From Octopus bimaculoides (lineage: Eukaryota): 64,000 nucleotides of DNA. The DNA is taken from the NCBI RefSeq assembly GCF_001194135.2, contig NC_068983.1, positions 120,281,804-120,345,803 on the forward strand. The letters are read 5' to 3'. Positions 51,980 to 64,000 of the stretch are shown here, in pieces. The position numbers and the translations under genes were made by a program. The notes under the pieces were generated by a model. It did no database searches. It was not told the DNA's origin and was given only the letters and a program-made list of their open reading frames with translations. Every line of letters begins with the position of its first letter. Position 1 is the stretch's first letter.

Positions 51980-54900
51980 TATACATACATACACATGTGC
52001 ACTCACAAATACACACAGAAATATATGCATATTTAATAGATATACACAATATTAATTATTTTATCTGATTGAATGAATAAATCAAATTAAAACATTACTC
52101 TGATAGAATAGAGTTATATTATTTCATAGGTTACTAAATCATCAGATTATTTTGTTATATATAATTATAAAGATAGGGTGATTATACTGAAGAATGAAGG
52201 ATAAAATAAAGTTTAATGAAATTTACAGCTTGAATGTAGAGGCTTGGCAAACGATTACTTTTTTTTCTTTTAGAGGCTGCTGGCTGAGAAAATCTATTTC
52301 ATCAGTCCTCAAAATAATGCTGGTATTCGTTTTATCAACCCAGCAGGGATGAAGCAAAGTTGATCTGACCAGGTTTTGATGACATTGAACATATAATGCT
52401 AATTTCACAATTAAACATGTTCTGATGAAAGGGTATGAGAAGTAATGACACTTACGTCTGCCTAATAAGTCTAATAATGCAAAGTAAATGAACTAGTTCA
52501 AACTGGGAATTCAGATATGCTCACCAATAACTTACTGTCACAGTGCAATGTCTATTAAATAATATCTTTTTAATGAATTGAGTGAATGGGCTTAAGTAAG
52601 AGCAATTAAATTGATATTTTTATTTACATGAGTGGGCTGGTTAACTTGTTGAAACAAATGTTTTTGCAGCTAGATACTCTTCCTACTGTGAAGTAAGAAT
52701 TTTTTTTCAGTCAAGCTAATATATATAGACGAATTGTTCTGGGACCCAACACAATGGCAGTAATAACAGACCATAAGCTCTGTTAAAGTAATGGACCACT
52801 GACCAATGTTATAAAACCAGATCTTATTACAGTTACAGTATGGAGTATCAAAGTGAAAAATATTTTATTTTGCTTGCCCCAGTTTACCTGAAAGTGCACA
52901 CAATTAGGTGTAAAACAGTTTTTCTTTTTTAAATCAAATGTTTCTTTTTTCTTACAAAATAGTTCTTGAAGAAACTGAAGAAAATTGACTGATATAGTTT
53001 GTAGGTATCAACTAATTTATTGACCTCCCTTTTTAGTCAATATTTTAGTATTTCTCATCTATGCTGCACTGAGTCTAGAACCAAGACTAAACTCTTTTTA
53101 AATTGACCTGTTTAACTGTGTGTAGTTCAAGGTTACTATTGTAACAAACATAAATATAAATGGGATACAAATGAATGTTTAAAATTTTATGTTGTAAAAC
53201 TCTAATTTATGTCAACTTCACTTTACAATTCAAAATGTGAAACTGATTAAAACCAACATATATCTCTAAAACATTTAATTTGATGACAATAATATGAAGA
53301 GACATTCAACAACAACATATTTGAATTTTTGAAAATATAGGGAAAAACACTTTAAAAAAAGTGTTTGAAATGAAATTAAAGAAAAGTTACATTTTGTAAT
53401 TAATGTCAAAACAAACATTTTACTTCTTCATGTCACTATGGTTATCAACTAGCAAAAGCAGATGAAGCCCATACAATATAATAATTTGAGAGTGTATTCA
53501 TGAAATGTTAAATTTTTTTAAACTGGGCTAAAATAGGTTAAAAGGAACAGTACATTTTCTCTTCAAATCGATGAACTTTGCTGGTTGAGCAGTTTTGTTT
53601 GTGTTGGTACAATAAACCTATGAATGTAGTACTGAAGAAAACTCATTAATCTCTCAGCTATGGGGAAAGTAATATTTAATTTAATTAATCCATTGTAGAA
53701 ATATACAATTTCAAAATAACTGTGTTCAAATATTTGGGTATGGAAAATTTCTGATCCTGTTGCAAAAATTAAAAAGTAAAATATTTGATGCTGTTAAACT
53801 GGTTGATTTTTAATACATCAAGGCCACTAAATGCAACAAACTTCCATCTATGTTAAAAATATGGGAAGTCTGCATCCTTATCTCTATATACTGAAGTACT
53901 TTAGTTATTGCTGATAAATGTTGGCACAATTTTATGAAGTATTTGAAGAACTTGGGTTATTTCTAAGAAAACCTTTTTAGACTTTCAACTAAACTAAAAG
54001 ATTGATTTGAAAGGGGGAAAATGATATATCTTTTTGCTATTTTACGATACTTGAATAAGGTCAATCTTGTAATGCAGGATACCAATACAACATGGTTCAA
54101 AGTACAAAATATAATTAATCAACTTAAGTGTAAACTAAAACTGTTGTAGTGAGTTTGTAGCTATGGTTGATATTTAATGTTTTGAAAACTTTAAACATAC
54201 CACTTCCACACAGTGCATTCATAAAATGTCTAATTTTTATGAAACTGAACTAAGACAAGTTAAATATGAGCTCAGCATTCTCTCTTCAAATAGATGAGTC
54301 AACAAGCTGAGTTGGAATGCAACAGGCTTAATTTTGCAACAATTGTGTTGATTGTGTGTGTGTGTGTGAATCAGTAACAAATAATTGTCTGATTGAAATT
54401 GAATATAATTTCAAATGGGTTTACAATTTTGGTTAAATTTAAGCAACCTTTCACTAGAAGAAAAAGACATCACAATGAATTTTACCTTAAAATCAAAAAT
54501 CCAACCAGTAGAAATTACAAAATTTTGGTTTGCATTATTAATGAACTACCAACCATAAATGCAAAAACTTAAACAGTATTAATGTGATTTCTAACTTCAT
54601 ATTTATGTGAAGGAACATTTTCGCTGTATTCAAAGGCAAAAATATATTTAGAAATAAATTAAATAGAGAAATTGACTTAAGGTTGCAAGTAACATCTATA
54701 ATTCCAATATTGGGACTCTCTGTGATGAGAAACAGGTCTAATGAAGTTACTAACTTTTATCATCTTAATTACAAAGTTTAATTTTTCAAACCATTTAGGT
54801 AAGCAAAGTTACTAATTAACATTGGCACAGTGTTATTTTAAAGCTTATCTACTGCATGACAATATTTTTTAGAACTATTTTAGGTTCTAAAAATGTTCTC

Positions 54901-55635
54901 CCAATCTTCAAGATTACATAAATATAAAAAGTTTGAAAAACCTCAACACAGACTACTGAAAGTAGAGACAGTTAGGTGGATAGAACACTAGATAACTATC
55001 AAAGAGGTTCATATCCTGTTCTGGCAATTCATTGTGTTTGTGGTTAGAAGACTTAACTCTGAAATGATTCAGTATACTAAACTGAAAATTGTTACTATAC
55101 AGGTAGGAACATGTCACAACTTTAAATAACAACAGTAGTATTTTAATTGAGGATTATATTAATTGAATAACCTTCTATTTTTACCAACCTCTGCCATCTG
55201 TCTTCACCCTTACCTTCTGGTGTCCATTACAGTTAAAGATCTTATCCCATTATTCTCCCTCCCAGTTTTTTTTTTATATTGTAAGTTAAGAGGAAGTGCT
55301 CTTGACAAATGATTTCATCTTGAATTTCCACAGATAGATAACTACAGGGAAGATTTGAGCAAAATATTTAATTAAGAGTTTTCTGGGGTGAGACACATAA
55401 AGATGATGAGAGGAAAAGAAAAGGTTAGAGCTCGGTAGTTAAGAAGAACATGAGCCAATGTAACAGTAGAAGAGATAAAAGGAGAACACAGTGTAGCAAT
55501 ATCATAATGATTATTTGTACATGCACCAACATTCTAATCATTTGCTCGACAATTAGAATGCTGGTCAATATAGCAGCTACTTGTTTCAGATGCATGAGCA
55601 GTCTGTAGTGAGTGGTAGTCTATATAAAGTTAGCA

Positions 55636-55793
55636 AGGAGTGGCTGTGTGGTAAGTAGCTTGCTTACCAACCAAATGGTCCCGGGTTCAGTCCCACTGCG
55701 TGGCAGCTTGGGCAAGTGTCTTCTACTATAGCCTCGGGCCGACCAAAGCCTTGTGAGTGGATTTGGTAGACGGAAACTGGAAGAAGCCCGTCG

Positions 55794-55878
<85 letters not shown>

Positions 55879-56090
55879 TTGTGTGTCAGTTTGTCTCCCC
55901 AGCATCGCTTGACAACCGATGCTGGTGTGTTTACGTCCCCGTAATTTAGCGGTTCGGCAAAAGAGATCGATAGAATAAGTACTAGGCTTACAAAGAATAA
56001 GCTCTGGGGTCGATTTGCTCGACTATAAAGGCGGTGCTCCAGTATGGCCGCAGTCACATGACTGAAACAAGTAAAAGAGTAAAAGAGTAA
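55636..56090 (+). mobile_element. Young full-length SINE family A with a long internal (TA)n
   Basis: A-box-like TGGCTGTGTGG, B-box-like GGTTCAGTCCC, (gtaaaaga)n tail. Confidence 0.9.
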
Positions 56091-57137
56091 GTGTTCAGAA
56101 TTGAAGTAATTTCTAGATCAGGAGAGAAAGCAATTTTAGTTCTTTTACAAATGATGTCACCATGGGAGGCCTAAATTTTGCAAACTGGTGAAAGTTTTAC
56201 TTGCAAAGTGTTTGCTTGTTTGTTTGTATGTATGCATGTGTACATGCATGCATAGATGTGTGTCTGTACATGTATGTAATTATACACAGACACATACTAT
56301 CTTGGATCTAGACGAACCATTCAATCCATGCTGACATGACAAACAGACTGAACCACTCCATCACCATCACATTCCTCTCCCCTTCTTTTTCATGCTTATC
56401 CCTAACATTCTCTCTCCCTTGTCTCCATTACTCCCGCCCAACCATTCTCCCTTCTTTATTCTTTTCACTATCATCCCCTCACAATAAATCTGTTTCATCC
56501 ATAATGCATGGCAGAGTGGTGGAGGCTCTCTTTTTCTTTGCAAGCTGCTACGTAAAATGTTGGTGCGACAAAACATAGCCAGTGCACTTTGTGTAAGTGG
56601 AGGGTAATTGATTCAAGCAGTAACAATGCAAGGCTTAAGAAGGGTCTTTAGTCTTATTAGTAGCAAAGCAACCTCTATAGAGCTGGTACTACAAAAAAAA
56701 AAAAAGCATCTGGTACACTCTGTAAAGTGGTTGGTATTAGGAAGGGCATCAGGCTGTAGAAATTGTCAAAAATGAGACACTGAAGTAAGATGTGACCTTA
56801 AGACTTGTTGGATCCTGTGTAACCATTCAACCTCTGCATGGAAGATGGACATAAAATGATGATGACTTACATGTATTCATTTATTTATTTTACATCCATT
56901 TTTCTATACTACTGTGAATTAGATGAATATATTATTGAAGCATTGTTTTACAGACAAATGCTGTTCCAGTTGCTAACCCTTGCCTATTTTTCAAGCAAGG
57001 GATCTTGTATTCTACACAGCTTCAAAGGCATGAAGTAATTGCATAAGTTATTAAGAGGGAAAAGTGCCAACAACACTGCTCAAACATTAACCTTTGAATA
57101 TGCAGGCACAGCTGCAAACAAACATGCAGACATACAA

Positions 57138-57172
<35 letters not shown>

Positions 57173-57957
57173 TATGTATCGATAGAAACTAATGCAAGCA
57201 TTTGTCAGCATTTCTGTGAACTGGTGGAATGTTAAGGCATTCAATAAAATGTCTTGCGGTATTTAGTTACATCCCTTTACATTCTGAATTCAGATCCTGC
57301 TGAAGCAACTTTGTTTTTCTTCCTTCCAAAGTCAATCAAATAAGGTTTGTCAATCAGTCAATTAATTTGACTCTTCCTTCACACAAAATTTGTAATCAAG
57401 CACCGGTGTTACAAATTGACATTTATAATCTTTTGATGTAGTTATTATTTTCACAAAGTGAAACTAATAGAAATGAAACTATTAAAAGTGAAACTAGTGA
57501 AAGCAAAACCATATAACAGTGAAATTATTACATCACATTACAATAGAGATGTCATTGTTTCTGCTTTGACACATATTACTGAAACAGTCTAAAAGATTTC
57601 TCCGAGCTCACATTAGGCAAGTTGGAAATTTTTTTTTGGCCCATGACACTCCATGGACCCTAAATAATGCATGTGTAAACCTTGAATGAAATCAGTTGGT
57701 TAGTTCTTGAGTTTTAGTGATGCACACACACTCACACATTCTCAGTTTTATATATATAGATACAAATCATGTATGTTTTATTTATTCATTACATTTGCAA
57801 CTGTTAGCTGAGTGTTCCAGTACTCTCAGTAACATAATTGAAATATGACTCATCATTTGGGAAGATTAAAAACTAATAAACTACAGGCCCCCAAGTGTTG
57901 TATATTGATTGCAATAAGACCCTTTACTTTAATTGAAATGACAACATGGAACAAAAA

Positions 57958-58308
57958 TTTTTCTATATCTGTAAAAGACTATTCTTTTATTTTTTAAAAT
58001 CCTTTTATTAGAAATAGGAATATTTGCAAAGAAAAACACACTTCAAAAACCTCATTTTTTTATTATTAAAAAAATGATAACATTACTGTCTTACAGGGAC
58101 TACAAAATCAATAAATGTGTATCCAGTTTACTAAGTTGTGCAAATACTCATTTCAAAGCAAATGATCTCATCAAAATTTTGGGAATTTTTCTACATCAGT
58201 AAAAGACTATTTTATTATTTTTTTTTATCCTTTTATTAGAAATAGGAATATTTACAAAGAAAAACACACTTCAAAAACCTCATTTTTTGTTATTAAAAAA
58301 ATCTGAAC
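57958..58308. repeat. Local direct duplication of ~120 bp with ~229-bp period
   Basis: ttttcta..gtaaaagactatt..gaaaaacacacttcaaaaacctcattttt occurs at ~57958 and ~58187. Confidence 0.85.
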
Positions 58309-58639
58309 TGTAAATCAAAGGCAGATATTGTTCAATTGATATCTTTTCTTGCTTAAATATTTACTTTCATTCCAGAGATAAAATAAGAAGTTGCAGTTAC
58401 AGTAACATATTTTTACTCTCTATTCTAGTCTGCTTGACTAATTCTAAATTATATTTTGATTGACAAAATGACAAATAGACTTGATATGCATACATGAGAT
58501 TTTGGGAGTGTATATCTGGGAGACAAGAAAGGAAAATGTTGTTTGTACAATCATAACCAATATACAAATGTTAATTATTATCTTATCAAGGCTTATAATG
58601 TTTGTAATATGTTAATTGTTAATATTTGTTATAAAAGCA

Positions 58640-58850
58640 AGATGGTGAGCTGACAAAATTATTAGCACACTGGGTAAAATGCTTAGTAGCATTTCATCTG
58701 TCTTTTTATTCTGAGTTCAAATTCTGCCATGACTGACTTTGCCTTTCATCTTTTTTGGGGTTGATAAAATAAGTACTAGCCAAACACTGGGATCAATGTA
58801 ATGGACTAGACCTCTCCCACCAAATTTCAGGCCTTGTGCCTATAGGAGAA
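58640..58850 (+). mobile_element. Degenerate SINE family B (others at ~59755-59895 minus and ~62335-62530 plus)
   Basis: Family B core sequence. Confidence 0.7.
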
Positions 58851-59447
58851 AGGAATATCTTATCTATAAAAGGCAGATTTTCAGTGTGTGTGTGTGTGTG
58901 TGTATGTTTAAAATTCATACATTTACACAATTCCAAATTTCTTGGATTAAAGAATCACAATTAATATTCTAAATACAATAAGTTAAGTCACAGCGTCATT
59001 TTTTCAGTCAAAAAAACTCCCAATTAAGAATAAAATAGATAAAACTACACAAATTAACATTTTCCCCCCTAATAAAATCTAATTTCCTCTTTCTACTACC
59101 TTTACAAATCCTTTCAACTCCTTTCTCTTATTAGCCTTTACAAACGATCCAACAACAAATACAAAAAGAAAGGAAGGAGAAACACTGACAGTAAAAGAAA
59201 ACCATTTCAGTATCAAAACTGAAACAATCACATTTCGATACTGTAATGACAAGTACTTTCACTTTAATGGTTTCATTTTCATATACATACATCATTCTAA
59301 TTGGCAAGAATTGTAACTTATTTCAAACTCCGTCCTTCACCATGATAACAACAACAAAAAATAACCACACATCTTTTTCAAATACGATCGACAAACATTT
59401 ATTCTCTACAAACTGAGTCTTTTGCAAAATCTTTTTGTAAATCTTGA

Positions 59448-59543
59448 GATTAACACCTGCACGATTACCTAACTAACCCTAACCCCAACCCTGACCCTAA
59501 AACCCTAACCCTAACACTAGTGAAAATCGTGCCGGCGTTAATC
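59448..59543. mobile_element. 96-bp MITE-like element enclosing degenerate (CCCTAA)n telomeric repeats
   Basis: TIRs gattaacacctgcacgatt / aatcgtgccggcgttaatc (17/19 match); TGA on both flanks. Confidence 0.7.
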
Positions 59544-59674
59544 TGAAAATTTAATAATCTTTTTTAAAACACTTTTACTTAATAACATTTTTTTATTTAG
59601 TGTGTGTGTGTTGCCCATATATATATATATACACTTAAGACTTAGTTGTGGGTTGGGACTTTCATTGGCAGAGG

Positions 59675-59676
<2 letters not shown>

Positions 59677-59742
<66 letters not shown>
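59677..59742. repeat. (ATT)n microsatellite
   Basis: Directly visible. Confidence 0.98.
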
Positions 59743-60280
59743 TTTTAAAATTTTTCCCACAAGGGCGGCTTGGGGCAGGTGGAGAATAATCGATTATATC
59801 AACCCCTGTGTTCAACTGGTACTTATTTTTTAGACCCCGAAAGGATGAAAGGCAAAGTCGACTTCGGCGGAATTTGAACTCAGAACGTAGAGATGGGCAC
59901 AAACCTCCCATCGCTACACTGATTCTGCAGAACAGGGTTGAGTGTGAAAACTAACTTTAAAGTGTAAATATAGATGTTTTTGAATACACGCTCATACATA
60001 CATACCTACAAATACACACATACATACAAATACCTGTCAGTCTCTTCCAAATACAAGTGACAGTCAAACATTTATTCCTTACAAACTGAATCTTTTTAAT
60101 ATCTTTCTTAAAACACATTTACTTACTACCATATATATATAGAGAGAGAGACACAGAATACACATTAATACACACATATATACAAATATATATATATAAT
60201 TGCTAAACAGGATAGCAAACATTAAGGCAAGGCAAGTATCTCAAGTTGTATACAATATCATTATAGGAAGAAATTCAAAA

Positions 60281-60335
60281 CCTTACAGCTGTTTCTGGGA
60301 TATCCCTGAGTATGTGATATTCCATCATCAGAGGG
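60281..60335 (-). ncRNA. Minimal type I hammerhead ribozyme motif with intact core, probably from a Penelope-like terminal repeat
   Basis: Minus strand reads ccct-CTGATGA-tggaatatc[loop]gatatccca-GAAA-cagctg-TA-agg. It has the conserved core, a 9-bp stem II with one mismatch, palindromic stem III (ACAGCTGT), a GUA cleavage triplet (60286-60284) and a 3-bp stem I (cct/agg). Confidence 0.7.
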
Positions 60336-60438
60336 AAAATGAGAATGGCATACATTAATAAAATGATGTTACAACGCTTACCTAGTGCTCCTAATCATTT
60401 AGATCACCTGTGAACTAAACTCCCATACTTTGTATATA

Positions 60439-60516
<78 letters not shown>

Positions 60517-60616
60517 ATAAAAATAAATTCATTAATTCATAAAAATGTATAAATTTTGATTAATTTTTGTTTCTTCCTTTCTTTTTTCTTCAACAGAGCT
60601 GCTGTAAAACATCAAT

Positions 60617-61414
60617 ATGAAGCTTGAATATTTCCATGATAAAAAACTTATTCCACTTTCTGACAAAAACAAATTAACCAAATGTAACCAAATCACTACT
60701 CGGGTAATCTTTGTCTTCATCCTCTTTGCTGGATTATCACAAATTGGTCTTGGAATAGGGCTCTTACTCTCATGCCGCAGCAATCTAGAAAATATATCCT
60801 GTGCCTTCTCTTTAAAGGCACATCCATGCACCGGATTAGTGATACCAACCTACCTTGGTTGCTTGGTTATTTGTATTGCATTATTTGGATTTGGATTTCT
60901 TGGACGCCGAGCTACTGCTATCTTACTAGCTATTGCTATGACTGCAGAAATCTACTTTGGTTTAATGTCAATCTATGCTGAACCAATTTTATTTACTGAC
61001 TATTTTCGAGTTTTTAATTCAGTTCAAATATGTCCCCAGAATTCCTCCAGCCCAGATAATCTTATAAAATGCTGGAATGGGATCACACAATTATATCCAT
61101 ATTGTTTTCTCTACAGAAATTTAATAAGGACAGACTGTATGCAAGGATATGATCTTTATTTCTCACAATTTAATGAAACTTTATCATCAACAAACATTGA
61201 ACCATGTGTCACTGATATTAGCATGGCTGTGAGTTCCATTTATACAGGTTATCGATATTTTGCAGGTCCTCTTATGTTGCTAAATGCCACAATCTGTCTT
61301 TTACTAGTTCCAGGTTTAGATTTCTTATACCAACAAAATATAGAACTGAATGAATCTCATGTGGTTTCAGGACCAAAAGAACTTCAAAGACAAAATATTT
61401 CTTCATCTGTATGA
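60617..61414 (+). CDS. Four-transmembrane, tetraspanin-like orphan membrane protein (265 aa), single coding exon
   Basis: Uninterrupted 265-codon ORF in otherwise repeat-filled DNA. Strong pyrimidine-rich acceptor (ttcttcctttcttttttcttcaacAG, ends 60596), in-frame TAA at 60605 upstream of the ATG, and AATAAA at 61483. Four hydrophobic segments (~aa 30-51, 73-95, 99-121, 215-238), a short GRR loop, and a ~90-aa Cys-containing loop between TM3 and TM4. Confidence 0.85.
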   Translation: MKLEYFHDKKLIPLSDKNKLTKCNQITTRVIFVFILFAGLSQIGLGIGLLLSCRSNLENISCAFSLKAHPCTGLVIPTYLGCLVICIALFGFGFLGRRATAILLAIAMTAEIYFGLMSIYAEPILFTDYFRVFNSVQICPQNSSSPDNLIKCWNGITQLYPYCFLYRNLIRTDCMQGYDLYFSQFNETLSSTNIEPCVTDISMAVSSIYTGYRYFAGPLMLLNATICLLLVPGLDFLYQQNIELNESHVVSGPKELQRQNISSSV

Positions 61415-61482
61415 TCCAATGGACCCTCTTTTCTACATTTGTAAATTATCATTTGAATATGGAAAGAAAATTCACATTTCAC

Positions 61483-61488
61483 AATAAA
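61483..61488 (+). promoter_or_regulatory. Candidate polyadenylation signal AATAAA of the 4-TM gene
   Basis: First AATAAA, ~70 nt after the TGA stop. Confidence 0.4.
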
Positions 61489-62867
61489 AATGGTCTCATC
61501 TAGCAGATAAAATTAAACAGAGAAGTACTGGAAATACATCTCATTAAAATATTTAGTACTCTCTTCTAAATATCTTTGTTCCCAGCTGTTATGAAAAGAC
61601 TCTCTCTCTTTTGGAATTGGAGCCAATATAAGAGTGATCTTATATTATACAAACATTAAGAAAATATATCAGTTTTCAGATGACATCAGCATATTAATAG
61701 CTGAAGCTAAAAACAAACTGGTCTGATATAGAGAACATATTATTTATTTCACATCATGCATGCTCTGGATTTACACAAACTATGATTAACTTTAAATCAG
61801 AATGTGCAAGAGTCAAGTGACTTCAGATCTATGCCAAATTTATATAACCTATAATAGCTAAGAGAAAATGGCTTATTTGTTGAAATTAAATTCTTGAAAA
61901 GAAAGAATCTACTTTATTGGTCTCTAGTACTAATTAATGAAGTACTGATGTTGAAGTAATCATTGATTCATTATGTGTCACATGTCATATATAATAAGTT
62001 GTTGCAGTTCAGAATATGTACATATAAACTATATACATATTTAAAGTTGTCAGCTACTACTTCCATTGTATGTAGTAGCATTGGCTTTGCTTCAAACTGG
62101 TCTGGTTTTGTGGATTATTTGATACATTTTAGGAAGATTCCTTCTGAGGTATCAATGTCACTATTACTGATAATCAAAACTGGATAACTTATTGTCAAAT
62201 GAATATTCTTTCACAAACCCACCATTATCTAATTGGACTTTAACACTGATTTATTAAAATATTATTTCATTTATATTTCAAATGTTCTGAAATTGAAATT
62301 ATTATTGCTCTCTCTTTCCCTCTCTCTCTCTGCCAGTGGTAAAGTGACAGAATCATTAAAGCATTAGACAAAATGCTTTGCGGTATTAGTGCAAGCACTT
62401 AGTATTCTGAGTTCAAATCTGACTGAGGTCAACTTTGCCTTTCATCTGGGGTTGATAAAATAAAGTACCAACCAGGCACTGAAATTGATCCATTGATATA
62501 CCCCAAAGTTTCAGGCCTTTTATCTGTGTTAGAAACAGCTATAAAGACAAAAGAATGAATAAAAATAGTAGGAATTACTAATATAATGGAAGGGAAGATA
62601 GACTGATGGTAGAAACAGATATTTAGCTCTTCCTCCTCCTCTTCCTATATGCACCATCAACTGGATGATCAATTCTTGATCACTTTTTTAAATAAACTCT
62701 TGCTATTGTGATCAGTTTTGGATAGTTCTTTGCTGTTGGTGTAAAGATTGGTTGCTTTTCTACTGTCTAATATCATTTATCAAGCTGGTCTTACATTTCT
62801 GAGTTCAAAATAGATAATGCCTTTCACTCTTCTTGAGGGTTGATAACATTTTGGAGTTGATTTTTGT

Positions 62868-63250
62868 GGAGGCGCAATGGCCCAGTGGTTAGGGCAGCGG
62901 ACTTGCGGTCATAGGATCACGGTTTCGATTCCCAAACCGGGCGTTGTGAGTGTTTATTGAGCGAAAACACCTAAAGCTCCACGAGGCTCCGGCAGGGGAT
63001 GGTGGCGAACCCTGCTGTACTCTTTCACCACAACTTTCTCTCACTCTTATTTCCTGTTTCTGTTGTGCCTGTAATTCAAAGGGTTGGCCTTGTCACACTG
63101 TGTCACGCTGAATATCCCCGAGAACTACGTTAAGGGTACACGTGTCTGTGGAGTGCTCAGCCACTTGCACGTTAATTTCACGAGCAGGCTGTTCCGTTGA
63201 TCGGATCAACTGGAACCCCTGACGTCGTAAGCGACACAGTGCCAACAACA
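62868..63250 (+). mobile_element. Young tRNA-headed SINE (family D) with TSD
   Basis: ggaggcgcaatggcccagtggttagggcagcggac..ggtttcgattccc tRNA-like head and (AAC)n tail. ggagttgattt is duplicated at 62853 and 63253. Confidence 0.85.
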
Positions 63251-63687
63251 GCGGAGTTGATTTAATTAACTGCATTCTTTACCCTTTATAAATAAGCTGT
63301 GTCTTAAGAAAGAAAACATTAATTCAAATGGTATTCCTAAAACTTTTGTTTTAAGCCATGATTCAACAAAGAAAAGGTTTAGCTTAAGCATTTGCCATTA
63401 GCAATAAATAACATATATATTATTTTTGTTTGTAACTTACTTTGATACCATCAAACCTTGTTATTTACACCTGAAATGCCTTAACACTTCAACATTGCAA
63501 TATGAAATATTTCATTTTCTACTTGGTATTTTGTGTATAACCAAACTGATAAGAAGGCAACTTATTTTGTAAGTATATTGATGATGCAATGACTGCGTTG
63601 GTGAGAAAGCAAAGAAAATAATAATTTACTTGTACTGAGAAGGACTGTGTAAAATCTGTCAGAAAAGTCATAACATTTTTAAAACTG

Positions 63688-63778
63688 ATCCATCCATCCA
63701 TCCATCCATCCATCCATCCATCCATCCATTCCTTCCTTCCTTCCTTCCTTCCTTCCTTCCTTCCTTCAATCAATCCAT
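63688..63778. repeat. Compound (CATC)n(CTTC)n microsatellite
   Basis: Directly visible. Confidence 0.95.
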
Positions 63779-64000
63779 CCAAAGAATTTGAGGGAATTTC
63801 TGTGTGGTCACTTTAATCTACTAGGAATAGCAGCCAAATCTCTATCAAGTATAATTTCACCATCTTAAACAAGGATGGATACATTAAATAATGTAGTTCT
63901 AGATAAAATATACCAGAAATAAAGATGGGATGGTCACGGCTGCAATGTTTTTTTATAATAAGTTTGCTCAATTAAGGTTGAGCTGGGTTAAACAACAACT

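Noticed and set aside
53555-53645. Possible C/D snoRNA (cgatga..ctga with short terminal complementarity)
   Set aside because: Box C is imperfect, the stem overlaps box D, and no antisense guide was recognisable.
62868-62945. tRNA-like sequence
   Set aside because: It continues into a ~300-bp SINE body with tail and TSD and lacks a proper acceptor stem, so it is a SINE head rather than a tRNA gene. The same holds for the heads at 30675, 51590 and 55636.

Overview
AT-rich, repeat-dense eukaryotic genomic DNA with scaffold N-gaps. The repeat inventory (tRNA-headed SINEs carrying internal (TA)n/(CA)n, RTE LINE tails ending in (GAT)n, mariners, very abundant microsatellites) resembles octopus/coleoid cephalopod sequence; the taxon is an inference. 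The only well-supported protein-coding region is a single coding exon at 60617-61414 (+). It encodes a 265-aa four-transmembrane, tetraspanin-like protein without the CCG motif, probably joined to a 5'-UTR exon near 47.8 kb by a ~12.8-kb intron. Everything else is transposon-derived: three mariner copies, RTE, Tx1/L1, R4-like RLE and Penelope remnants, piggyBac-, hAT- and Helitron-like non-autonomous elements, and several SINE families. The most notable structures are: minimal hammerhead-ribozyme motifs (one with an intact core, antisense in the gene's intron); a ~2.1-kb foldback palindrome centred on two inverted RTE tails; a 96-bp telomere-repeat MITE sharing terminal motifs with that palindrome; a SINE flanked by a 187-bp direct duplication; and a speculative chain of minus-strand micro-exons at 11-15 kb. 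All alignments, folds and translations were done by eye.
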